Shown piece by piece: positions 36,834 through 45,574 of a stretch of 64,000 bases of DNA; the first letter of the stretch is position 1, and every line of letters begins with the position of its first letter. The notes under the pieces were generated by a model that saw nothing but the letters and a program-made list of their open reading frames with translations, was not told where the DNA came from and did no database searches. Location of the stretch: sequence record MW384823.1. One strand, given 5' to 3'. Both the position numbers and the translations under genes were made by a program.

Positions 36834-37628
36834 ATGCACCTGTTATCGTATCCACCCGTGTACGAGCGTCCTGTCATCCTCAATGGTCGTGAGGTTGCAG
36901 TTGAGCGTATTTGGCAAGGCATTAAACAAACCCATCCATTAGCGATGGACGAGGAGCATTATCTGGTGGTGTCTAACACTCGCCAGACACTCCTTGTATT
37001 AAGCGGTGAACGTCACGGCGATGTGTTCCATATTCTCAATTTGGTGCCGATGACGAATAAGCCTTTTTACCAGTGGAAAAACCTCATGCGTCAACTCGAA
37101 GTGGTTCACTTCGATGTGGTATTAGACCCAAGCGCGCACGTCGAGCATGGGATATGCCGGGCCATGGGGCTTGAGTTCGTGACAAAACGTGTGAAGTTTA
37201 TCCCGTTTGACGTCTCGCGTTTCAACACGCGCGCACCCATGATACATCGTCAGGAGAACTGTTCTCTGGATGACATGGAGCGTGTTTGTGAGATAACGAA
37301 GAAGTCTCTACCGGGCTACAAGCACGTCTTAAAGGAAGTGGCGTTCGGCTTTATGGAAGTGCTGGTACGCAAACAGAACGACAAGATAACGTCGGTGCTG
37401 TTTGTTAGTCAGACACCCACTGCTGTGACCGTCTCTAACTATGTTTCTGTGTTCCATCCGCAGGACAGGCAGTATGCGCAGGACTTCTCGGAGTTCTTCC
37501 GCTACATGCTGAAACTGTGCGGGACAGAGAAGAAGTCGTTGTATATCTCGCTGGACGCTAAGGCGGAGATACCGACTTACGATGGCATCACCCATGAGGT
37601 GGTGACTCATCACTACACGATTGCTTAG
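36834..37628 (+). CDS. Hypothetical protein, possible degenerate tandem GNAT fold
   Basis: 264 aa; GICRAMGLEF resembles GNAT motif B; beta-hairpin patterns in both halves; no R/QxxGxG. Confidence 0.45.
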   Translation: MHLLSYPPVYERPVILNGREVAVERIWQGIKQTHPLAMDEEHYLVVSNTRQTLLVLSGERHGDVFHILNLVPMTNKPFYQWKNLMRQLEVVHFDVVLDPSAHVEHGICRAMGLEFVTKRVKFIPFDVSRFNTRAPMIHRQENCSLDDMERVCEITKKSLPGYKHVLKEVAFGFMEVLVRKQNDKITSVLFVSQTPTAVTVSNYVSVFHPQDRQYAQDFSEFFRYMLKLCGTEKKSLYISLDAKAEIPTYDGITHEVVTHHYTIA

Positions 37629-37635
37629 GAGGGTT

Positions 37636-38397
37636 ATGAGAGAGATAACGAAAGAGGTGCTGGACGGCACGTATGACCAACCACTCGGTCGTGGCGTATT
37701 AGACTGGCGTATCTTAGAGCTGGCCCCCATGGAAACAAAACACATTGTGGAAGTGGGACGGTGGCGGGTGTACCTAAAACGTCATCGTATCGAGGAAGCC
37801 GCATTGCTGATCTCTATTGACCGCTTTGGGGATGTGGATGAACCGCTGAATCTGCTCCCTGATGTGTTGGATGTCAGGGCGGTCTTTGCCTATTCGGCGA
37901 CGACGGCGGATGAGGCCCTTAAAAAGATAGGGTTCGACCTGCATGCAGTGAAGTATATCATCCCCGCGCGTGAAGGCATCAGGCCACCGCCGAAGTTGAT
38001 TGAAAACTGCCTGTTGACGGACGAGGAAGCCGCGTCCTTTAAACTGGCCGCCATTGAAGAAGAAAGCATCCGTAAAGCGGCGGAAGCGTACGGTATGGGC
38101 ACGGCTGCGTTTCACCGTGTCGATTTTGGGGACGGTCGTACCGCAGTCGCCCTTGTCAATATCGTCGATGAACATGCCACATTGCTAACGCATTGGGCAA
38201 GTGACTTCCAATCGCAAATGACGGTTGCTGACATCTTTAACTACGTCGCTTCCAACCAGAAGAACGGTGGGGAGTATGTGGTTAACCGCCAAACGTTCGA
38301 TAACCCAACCCCTCTGGTGGAAACACTGGAAACCCTCAACACCGAGACACGCGGTGTTTATATTATCCTAAAAGGAGTATCTACCCATGCAAACTAG
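37636..38397 (+). CDS. Hypothetical protein, possible degenerate tandem GNAT fold
   Basis: ATG 37636 with SD aggaggg; EALKKIGF resembles motif B; no motif A. Confidence 0.45.
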   Translation: MREITKEVLDGTYDQPLGRGVLDWRILELAPMETKHIVEVGRWRVYLKRHRIEEAALLISIDRFGDVDEPLNLLPDVLDVRAVFAYSATTADEALKKIGFDLHAVKYIIPAREGIRPPPKLIENCLLTDEEAASFKLAAIEEESIRKAAEAYGMGTAAFHRVDFGDGRTAVALVNIVDEHATLLTHWASDFQSQMTVADIFNYVASNQKNGGEYVVNRQTFDNPTPLVETLETLNTETRGVYIILKGVSTHAN

Positions 38398-38683
38398 CAT
38401 CAATCGTTCTGTCGCGCGTTCTAAAGAAGTGGTTTACGATGTGGCCGCCGGTGAGAAGACCCTGTTCCGTGCGGTGATTGTTGAGAATAACGAACTGCTC
38501 GTGGTCTATCCGGGTACCGAGTTTTCCAAAGCAGAGAAGGCGGCGCTGGACAAACTCATCACCAAAGCGAAACATCGTGACGGTATCTCTATTCACCGTG
38601 TGGTCTACGAACGTGTTCTGGTGGAAAACGGTAAAGACTTAGAAGTCCGCCCATCCACACCAGAAATCGATGCCTTTGTATGA
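38387..38683 (+). CDS. Hypothetical protein
   Basis: 98 aa; SD aaggag. Confidence 0.65.
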   Translation: MQTSINRSVARSKEVVYDVAAGEKTLFRAVIVENNELLVVYPGTEFSKAEKAALDKLITKAKHRDGISIHRVVYERVLVENGKDLEVRPSTPEIDAFV

Positions 38684-38710
38684 CACCACTAACGTTATAG
38701 AGGAATCGCA

Positions 38711-39211
38711 ATGGATGTTATCGATTTCGAACAGCTTCCACAGCACGACTTCGACCTCGGCGTCCGTGACATGGATTGCGGCTTCGAAGAAAAAGCGCGT
38801 GCGCTGTTCCAGAAATACGGCGAACTGATTATGGGTACCGACCATCCAGACATCACACTGGATGAGTTCGAGAAACTGATTGTCGGTCTTATCACGTCTC
38901 GTGCGCAGGACAGAGCGTTGCTGAACGAGTTGAACTTTACCACTGTGTCCCCCGCGGATGCTGCCGGTATTCTGTCGCAGTCTATCGTCCCAAGCGAAGA
39001 GATTCTCGACAAGCTGGCTGAGATGCGTGGACCGTTCGACACGGCGGTAGAAGACTATGCACAACAGTTAGCAGAATCGGAATACGCAATGGTCGCCCCA
39101 GAGGGTGAACAACTGCCATCCGATGAGCAAACTGAAACTGCACGTCTGCGTCTTGCGCGATACGTCATTACCAGCGTGCTGGTTGATGACCGTGAAGATT
39201 GTCAGCTCTAA
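38711..39211 (+). CDS. Acidic hypothetical protein
   Basis: 166 aa; SD gagga; followed by a terminator. Confidence 0.7.
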   Translation: MDVIDFEQLPQHDFDLGVRDMDCGFEEKARALFQKYGELIMGTDHPDITLDEFEKLIVGLITSRAQDRALLNELNFTTVSPADAAGILSQSIVPSEEILDKLAEMRGPFDTAVEDYAQQLAESEYAMVAPEGEQLPSDEQTETARLRLARYVITSVLVDDREDCQL

Positions 39212-39219
39212 TGAAATGG

Positions 39220-39250
39220 CCTCACCTTCGGGTGAGGTTTATTTTTTTTT
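39220..39250 (+). terminator. Intrinsic terminator
   Basis: cctcacc-TTCG-ggtgagg plus T-tract. Confidence 0.8.
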
Positions 39251-39311
39251 TGCCTTTTTACAGAATAGCACCTATCTATGTCAAACCAAATAACCCTGAG
39301 GATTAAAAGCA

Positions 39312-39647
39312 ATGTGGCTTAGCGCAATTCACCGTGATTTACCAAAAATCGTTGACTTCGGTACCAGTGTGACTGGCGACCCGAATGTCGAACCGGTACA
39401 AATCGATGTGGGTCTGGCGAAGTTCGACCGCATGGAAGAAGGACAGTTCGTGGTTCTCGATGCCGAAGAGAACGAATACATGCTGTTCCACCCGGAAGTG
39501 GATGCCTCAGGCATCGTTGACGGTGTGTGGTTAGCATCGTGGCACGATAAGTCCACAGACAAGTGGATGTGGGCGCTGGCGAAACAGGTCGGCGAGAATT
39601 CCTTCGTACTGGATACCAATCACCATGTCGAACCCATTCCACACTGA
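39312..39647 (+). CDS. Hypothetical protein
   Basis: 111 aa; SD gagga. Confidence 0.65.
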   Translation: MWLSAIHRDLPKIVDFGTSVTGDPNVEPVQIDVGLAKFDRMEEGQFVVLDAEENEYMLFHPEVDASGIVDGVWLASWHDKSTDKWMWALAKQVGENSFVLDTNHHVEPIPH

Positions 39648-39954
39648 TATCCGTGATGAGCTGTCGACAAACGACTACCTCATCCGAATGCAGTCTGCGT
39701 TCCAGCGCCCGTTAGGCGGGCCAATGGAAGCCCGACAAACACTGGCACAAGTCATCGGTGTCGATGACACAGCCGTGCACTTTACGAACATTGAAACGAA
39801 AGTCGATTTCACGATGCCGTTGAACGTGTTCTTACTGGTGCCCGCCGTCGGGATGTTTGTAGAGATTAACCGGGTACATCACCGTATCTTCTGTTGGCCT
39901 GATGCGCGCGACGGGAGAAAGGGTGACGCCGTGCAGTTGCAAATCCGCCTGTAA
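39625..39954 (+). CDS. Hypothetical protein
   Basis: 109 aa; 23-nt overlap with the upstream gene. Confidence 0.55.
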   Translation: MSNPFHTDIRDELSTNDYLIRMQSAFQRPLGGPMEARQTLAQVIGVDDTAVHFTNIETKVDFTMPLNVFLLVPAVGMFVEINRVHHRIFCWPDARDGRKGDAVQLQIRL

Positions 39955-39967
39955 CGTATTACTTTTC

Positions 39968-39988
39968 AGATAGATATTATCTAGGGGA
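39968..39988 (+). promoter_or_regulatory. Early promoter motif, copy 6
   Basis: AGATAGATATTATCTAGGGGA, identical to copy 2. Confidence 0.7.
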
Positions 39989-40033
39989 GAAGATTGTTTT
40001 CTCCCTCACATTTTAATCTATAAGGAGTATCTC

Positions 40034-40618
40034 ATGTACAATTACGTTGTGTTGGGCCGCAAAGGTAGCATCGTCAGATTCGTCTTTAAATCTGACCCAC
40101 CTGCCAAGCCGCGGGCGTTGGATTTAGCGGGCTTCGATTATAAAGGCATCCGCAAAGGCGTACAGCTGGACTTCGTCGGTGATGTGAAACCGGAGAACCT
40201 TTTGTATTCTGGCGATGTGAAACCGAGAAAGCTTGTGGCCATCGGTAAGAAGAAACCCGCGATGACTGCAAAAGAAAGCAAAAAGGCATCGAAAGCTAAC
40301 CCGATTTTCGTCGTTGTTAAACGCGTGAAACAGGTCATCGAATATAAGATCTGCGGGGACGAGTCTGCGGAACTGTTAAACGAGACTCTGAAGATTAGCC
40401 TCGCCGGTTACGACTACAGAAAGCTGCGTAAGGACATGACCTTCCAGTTTGAAGGCGGTAAGATTGCTGCGGAGAATATTCGCTACTGGCCGTTCCGCGG
40501 TACTTCAAATAAGCTGCCGCTGCCAAAGCTTGAAGAAGTTGCACCTAAAGCGAAATCCGCTGCGGTGTCCAAGCGTGGTGCCACACCAAACGTGTCTATC
40601 CTGCGTAAGCACTTCTAA
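40034..40618 (+). CDS. Basic early protein with internal tandem duplication
   Basis: LAGFDYKGIRKGVQLDFVG...ENLLY versus LAGYDYRKLRKDMTFQFEG...ENIRY. Confidence 0.7.
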   Translation: MYNYVVLGRKGSIVRFVFKSDPPAKPRALDLAGFDYKGIRKGVQLDFVGDVKPENLLYSGDVKPRKLVAIGKKKPAMTAKESKKASKANPIFVVVKRVKQVIEYKICGDESAELLNETLKISLAGYDYRKLRKDMTFQFEGGKIAAENIRYWPFRGTSNKLPLPKLEEVAPKAKSAAVSKRGATPNVSILRKHF

Positions 40619-40625
40619 TCAGTAC

Positions 40626-40662
40626 GTCCTACTCCTTCGGGAGTAGGACTGTTTTATTTTTT
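40626..40662 (+). terminator. Intrinsic terminator
   Basis: gtcctactcc-TTCG-ggagtaggac plus T-tract; 20-bp core identical to 12329-12348. Confidence 0.8.
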
Positions 40663-40673
40663 AAGGACTGTCG

Positions 40674-41201
40674 ATGACTACTTTTATTGCGGGCAAGAAC
40701 TACCTCGCCGCAGACCGTGCGGTAATGAAAAACCGAATGGTATTTGAAGATGCGAAGATTCGCACTATCAAAGGACGCATCGCGTACTTCTTTGGTTCAG
40801 AGCATCCCACGCCAGACGAACGCAAGTTGCTGGAAAAGAATATCTACGATTACATCTTCGGTAAGCAGAAAGCCCAAGAGGCAGCAGAGCTGTGGTTGCT
40901 GCACTTCATGGAAAGCAATACGCTGGTTGTGATGACCCGCAAGAAGACGCTGACCTTCAGTGCTATCTCACGGCTTGCTGCGTGGTCCCCGGAGCTGGGT
41001 GCTCCAACCCGCCATACAGGACTTACCGTAACCGAAGACCTGCTTGAAACACCTGTCGTTTATGGTTCGGGTGCAGAGTTGGCACGGGCAGGATGGGCAT
41101 GCGGATTACCGCCTGAGAACATCATTCTCATGGTACAGAAAATAGACCCGATGTCAGGGCATGGCTGCGATGTGGTTTACAGAGAGGACTTGCGAAAATG
41201 A
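40674..41201 (+). CDS. HslV/proteasome beta-subunit-like Ntn (Thr) peptidase
   Basis: Starts M-T-T with SD aagga 6 nt upstream; LAAD, DAKI, YGSGAELARA and IDPMSG reproduce the T1/D17/K33/GSG/D..SG pattern of HslV and proteasome beta subunits. Confidence 0.7.
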   Translation: MTTFIAGKNYLAADRAVMKNRMVFEDAKIRTIKGRIAYFFGSEHPTPDERKLLEKNIYDYIFGKQKAQEAAELWLLHFMESNTLVVMTRKKTLTFSAISRLAAWSPELGAPTRHTGLTVTEDLLETPVVYGSGAELARAGWACGLPPENIILMVQKIDPMSGHGCDVVYREDLRK

Positions 41202-41746
41202 GTACCGTTTCTATTGCTGGTTTCGTTGTGAATGGTGTGGTCTACGTAAACACCGCTGTTCAATCCATGCACCTGATAGCACCGTACAACCCTGAGGCGG
41301 GATTCGATAAACTCGGATGGTGGTTCCCGAACGATGGGCAGGATAAAATTAGTGACATCTTGGTTAATGGGGACGATTGCGAACGCCATGAGGACATTAC
41401 CTACTCCGGTAGTGTGCTGCGTCATGATGGGCGATTCTACGATGTTAAATTAGCTGGACCAAACTATCGATTAGTTTTCTCCCATCAACCAGCCCCCGTG
41501 ATGGTCTTTCCAGCCGACACGGAATCGTCGTTTGTGGCGACCTTTATCGAGCACCTGTCCATGCACCCCGATTTGGACACCGAAGGGCCTGAGTGGAGCG
41601 CAGAGCGTATCACGAAAATATTGTCGTGCTTCGGAGGCTGCCACAACTTCAAACCATTCATGACTCTGGATGAACTCAAAACCAAAGTCCAAGCGATGCC
41701 AGAGTGTAAATTAGCGCCTTTCCCCCGTCAAAGAAAGCCGGAATAA
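41198..41746 (+). CDS. Hypothetical protein
   Basis: 182 aa; ATGA coupling to the HslV-like gene. Confidence 0.65.
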   Translation: MSTVSIAGFVVNGVVYVNTAVQSMHLIAPYNPEAGFDKLGWWFPNDGQDKISDILVNGDDCERHEDITYSGSVLRHDGRFYDVKLAGPNYRLVFSHQPAPVMVFPADTESSFVATFIEHLSMHPDLDTEGPEWSAERITKILSCFGGCHNFKPFMTLDELKTKVQAMPECKLAPFPRQRKPE

Positions 41747-41807
41747 GAACGCGCGGATTTATAACAGCATCACCCCTTTTAATGACAAACACAAGAGGAT
41801 TATCAAC

Positions 41808-42419
41808 ATGCAATCATTAGCTCGTGCGTTATCCCCGGTTTCGTTTCCGAAGTTCACTGGCCTTCAGGTTTACATGCTGCAAGCCACCGCGGGAACACTC
41901 GCGGCTGTTGCTCCTGAGGGTTACCGCGACATCGTCAGCGATATGTTGAGAAGTGGCAACATTCCTGCGGAAACTCAAGTCTGGTTGACGGTTGATGAGT
42001 CGAACGTCAAGGCCGGTAAGAAACAACGTCGCGGCGGTGCACACATCGACGGTAACTTCGATCTCTTTGCAAGCGACTGGTGTACCGGAACTAGCGGTTG
42101 GTTGAATGGCGGTCCGGGTCGTGAGCTGACACTTGAAGAACACCGTCGGAGTTATCAAGAGTTCGGTGGCGGGATGCTGATTGCGTCTAACCACGCTGCA
42201 TGTCAAGTGTGGGAAGGGGAAGTTGATGGTATTCCGGGTCAAGGTGGTGATTGTGAACATCTGCGTGACCAACTGGAAACGCTACCGACCTACTTGATGG
42301 AAAGTAACCGCGCATACCTGACGAATTCGCAGTGTGTGCACGAGTCGTTACCGTTGAAGGTTGACTTCCCGCGGCAGCTTGTACGTATTACATTATCCGA
42401 GCAATACAAATTTAACTAA
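41808..42419 (+). CDS. 2-oxoglutarate/Fe(II)-dependent dioxygenase-like protein
   Basis: GAHIDG (HxD), CVHES (distal H), RQLVRIT (2OG-binding R). Confidence 0.7.
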   Translation: MQSLARALSPVSFPKFTGLQVYMLQATAGTLAAVAPEGYRDIVSDMLRSGNIPAETQVWLTVDESNVKAGKKQRRGGAHIDGNFDLFASDWCTGTSGWLNGGPGRELTLEEHRRSYQEFGGGMLIASNHAACQVWEGEVDGIPGQGGDCEHLRDQLETLPTYLMESNRAYLTNSQCVHESLPLKVDFPRQLVRITLSEQYKFN

Positions 42420-42445
42420 TCTAAATCCACAAAGAGAATCAGAAC

Positions 42446-43108
42446 ATGGCGAAGCAAAAGAAAGCACGGAACAAAAAATATAACCCGCAGCAAGCCCATG
42501 CAGAAACAGCCCGCATGGTGGTACAAAATGCCTTAGCCCGCATTTCCTTTATTGGTGCGTCTAACCGACGCATCCAACCGTACGGCGGTCGTGGATTCCA
42601 GTATACCGTCAGTCGTCCTGTGCGCGTGACAGTCTCCGCCGCCTTGGCAGAAACATTGTTTGAAGACCCGCGTACGTGGACGGTATGGATGGCGCATTAT
42701 GCCGTGAATCCTGAGGGCAACCTTGAAGTGGAATCCGGTGTGTTGTCGCTTGACGAGTACACGCTGACGGACTTCACGGAAAACGTGGATAAGTTAGTCG
42801 AGCACATGAAGCCGGAGTCAATGGTTGGCAACCCGGACTACGTAGGCTACGCGTTCTTTGCTTCGCCAAATGAGCGTTACGATTTTACGCACGACACCAC
42901 TGATGAACGTTTGATTGAAAATTTCATCGCATCCGGCGTTCTGGAAAAGGAAAACCATCTCCCGCAGCATGTCCTGAATGTCACCAAAGAAGAACTTATC
43001 ATCATGCTCATGGCAGACCATGTTAAGTTCGACACTAATATCAGTTATCACCAGCGCGGCGAAGGTGATGATTATCGCGTCGCTGACAAGCAAGTTATCG
43101 GAGAGTAA
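42446..43108 (+). CDS. Hypothetical protein with basic N-terminus
   Basis: 220 aa; MAKQKKARNKKYNP. Confidence 0.65.
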   Translation: MAKQKKARNKKYNPQQAHAETARMVVQNALARISFIGASNRRIQPYGGRGFQYTVSRPVRVTVSAALAETLFEDPRTWTVWMAHYAVNPEGNLEVESGVLSLDEYTLTDFTENVDKLVEHMKPESMVGNPDYVGYAFFASPNERYDFTHDTTDERLIENFIASGVLEKENHLPQHVLNVTKEELIIMLMADHVKFDTNISYHQRGEGDDYRVADKQVIGE

Positions 43109-43111
43109 GAA

Positions 43112-43678
43112 ATGAAGTTCTGGGAGCGTTTTTGTCGCTTGTTTAAACATGTCCCTGAGGTGCAGACCGACGGTGACCGTTATACCCAAATCGTGCGTGA
43201 CTACTTCAATGCAGGTAATCACAACGTCGTGGAACTCTGTGATGCAATTGGCATGACACCACGCTCATTGTACTTTGCGGTTAACGACGACAACGTGCGT
43301 GCAAACATCCTGCCCCGCCTCCCTGAAAAGATGCGGATGGAATTGCGTGATGAACTGACCGCGCGAGCGTTCAGCCGTCAAGCTGTCTCGTTAATCCGTC
43401 CGAGCACCGCGAAGTACGATTTCGATAACCTCAATGAGCTGATGGCGCACGTACACGAATTGTTCGAAACGTACCGTCTCGAGCGTGGCGAGAAAGTGGA
43501 CCCCTCTATCAAGGCGTACATCCACTCCCTTACTCCGCGTACGGTACGTATCGCTTTCGTGGGTAGCGGTCACGAATTCAACGTCGGTATCATTGAAGGC
43601 ATCAACGTCGTTCAGCAAAACCTGCTTATGGTGAATTATGGAAAACTTAACGCCCGTGGAAATCGTCAATGTTTTTAA
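43112..43678 (+). CDS. Hypothetical protein with possible HTH
   Basis: VVELCDAIGMTPRSLYFAV resembles an HTH recognition helix; overlaps the HslU-like gene by 41 nt. Confidence 0.5.
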   Translation: MKFWERFCRLFKHVPEVQTDGDRYTQIVRDYFNAGNHNVVELCDAIGMTPRSLYFAVNDDNVRANILPRLPEKMRMELRDELTARAFSRQAVSLIRPSTAKYDFDNLNELMAHVHELFETYRLERGEKVDPSIKAYIHSLTPRTVRIAFVGSGHEFNVGIIEGINVVQQNLLMVNYGKLNARGNRQCF

Positions 43679-45374
43679 CCGTTATGTCCACGGTCAAGAA
43701 CTGGCGAAAAAGATGTTGGCGATTGCTCTGCGTAACCGCGTACGGGTAGCGTTGCTGCCCCTCGGTGAACGTAATAGCGTTCGCAAACAGAATCTGTTGT
43801 TACTGGGGCCAACTGGCTGCGGTAAAACGGCGCTGATGCGCGTACTGAAAACGCAATTTGGGTTACCTGTCTTAGAGCAGGACATGACCGGCTTTTCCGA
43901 GACGGGCTATGTAGGCCGTAATCTCATCACGTTGGGTTCGGACTTGCAAACTCTCACGCGCACGATCGCTTTGCCGGATTGGTACGTTGAGATGCGTACC
44001 GGTATGCAGCTTGAAAAAGACGAGCAGCGTTATACCCGTGAAGAACTCAAGCAGATCGAAGCAAGAGAGTACGAAGCGGAAAGCGCTGCGCGGCAAGCCG
44101 AATGGCAAGCTAAGCGCGATGCTAAAAAGCAACACGAGCAAACCCTGAAAGATTTAGGCGTGTTCCCGGATGACGATACCTACAATCACTATCGCATGGT
44201 CTACTACATGCGTGCGTTTTTGGTCGGCTATCACGCCATGAAGAACCTGCCCTACGATGTCATTGATTTCGCTGACATTGAAATGATTCAGGGGCAAAAA
44301 CTCATTGATGTCGCGAACAAAGTTGTTGGGCTTATCGAGAAGGTGGCGGGTAAACCCATCAACAGTATTGATGACCTCAATGAAGATTTGAGCGAGAACA
44401 CCGAAGAGATGATGGAGAACAATCCCGCGCTGATGGGTGAGTTCATGGGTCTGGTAGGCTACAACGAAGTGTTGGAAGTTATCATGACTCTCGGTGTTCA
44501 AATGCTCAACAGCAATCCGGTGGCAGCCTGCGTCTCATCGGCTGATTGGTACGACGTTGCCCATTCCTTCGAGCAAACCGAATCAGAAGACCTGCCGCCG
44601 GGTATTGCTTGGCGTCCGATGGAAGCGACGGAGTTTGCGCTCTACATCTGTGTGATGTTGGCGCGTGACCCGGAAGGTCTGGAAGAAGTCTTTGAAGATT
44701 GCGATGACTTCACCCGCTTTGCGGACGAGAAGTTGTGGAGTTATAAAGTGCCCGAGCCCGAAGTTGTGCAACCCAAAGGGAAGCGCAATGTGTTGTCGAA
44801 GAAAGATCTCGATAAGGTAGCGAACTGTAATGGGCGCGACTTCGTTGAGAACTTCGGGGTGGTGTTCTTAGATGAGTTTGACAAGCTCATTGAAACGGAT
44901 ACCACGGGTCGGACACACGTCTCCCGCAGCGGTGTGCAGCGCAGTCTGCTCAAGATGGTAGAAGGTGGTCTCTACGCTGGGATTGACACCACGAACATTC
45001 TGTTTGTGGCGGCCGGTTCTTTCGCAGAAGCCCCTGTGACCAAACTGATGCCGGAACTGCAAGGTCGTTTTACACTGCGTGCGGAACTGGAGCCACTTGA
45101 CAAAGAAGCGATGATTGCGATTTGTCGAATGGACAGCAGCGAGTTCCATGCGATGGTTCGTCTCCTGCGAATCGAAGGGGTGGTGGTCAATTACGACCTT
45201 GACACCTTTGAGTACATTGCAGAGAAGACCGTTGAAGCGAACTCGGTCGATGACCTCGGTGCACGTCGTTTAGCTGCGATCGTGGAAGCGTTATTCCAAG
45301 ACGCCTTGTACGAACCTAACAAGTATATCGAGAAAGGTTACGATCTGACCGGTAAAACCTTGAGGAAGAACTGA
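43638..45374 (+). CDS. hslU: HslU-like AAA+ ATPase (unfoldase)
   Basis: LTPVEIV, GQELAKKMLAIALRNR, GPTGCGKT, ETGYVG, VFLDEFDK, GVQRSLLKMVEG, TTNILFVAAGSF, PELQGRF, GARRL. Confidence 0.9.
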   Translation: MENLTPVEIVNVFNRYVHGQELAKKMLAIALRNRVRVALLPLGERNSVRKQNLLLLGPTGCGKTALMRVLKTQFGLPVLEQDMTGFSETGYVGRNLITLGSDLQTLTRTIALPDWYVEMRTGMQLEKDEQRYTREELKQIEAREYEAESAARQAEWQAKRDAKKQHEQTLKDLGVFPDDDTYNHYRMVYYMRAFLVGYHAMKNLPYDVIDFADIEMIQGQKLIDVANKVVGLIEKVAGKPINSIDDLNEDLSENTEEMMENNPALMGEFMGLVGYNEVLEVIMTLGVQMLNSNPVAACVSSADWYDVAHSFEQTESEDLPPGIAWRPMEATEFALYICVMLARDPEGLEEVFEDCDDFTRFADEKLWSYKVPEPEVVQPKGKRNVLSKKDLDKVANCNGRDFVENFGVVFLDEFDKLIETDTTGRTHVSRSGVQRSLLKMVEGGLYAGIDTTNILFVAAGSFAEAPVTKLMPELQGRFTLRAELEPLDKEAMIAICRMDSSEFHAMVRLLRIEGVVVNYDLDTFEYIAEKTVEANSVDDLGARRLAAIVEALFQDALYEPNKYIEKGYDLTGKTLRKN

Positions 45375-45571
45375 TGCACATGCTCATCGTGTCAATCGTG
45401 GCCATCTTTTTAATTCTCAACTTACTGGGCGTCGGTATCGGTAAATTGTCAGTCCGTTATAATTGGTCTTTCTGGGCGATGCTGACGGTAGCGTTGTTCT
45501 TCGGCGGTCTCATCGGGAACGTCTACTTCAGCTACATCATCCGACCCCTTTACCAGAATCTCGGGAGTTAA
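45374..45571 (+). CDS. Small two-TM membrane protein
   Basis: 65 aa; two hydrophobic runs; TGATG coupling to hslU. Confidence 0.7.
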   Translation: MHMLIVSIVAIFLILNLLGVGIGKLSVRYNWSFWAMLTVALFFGGLIGNVYFSYIIRPLYQNLGS

Positions 45572-45574
45572 CTC

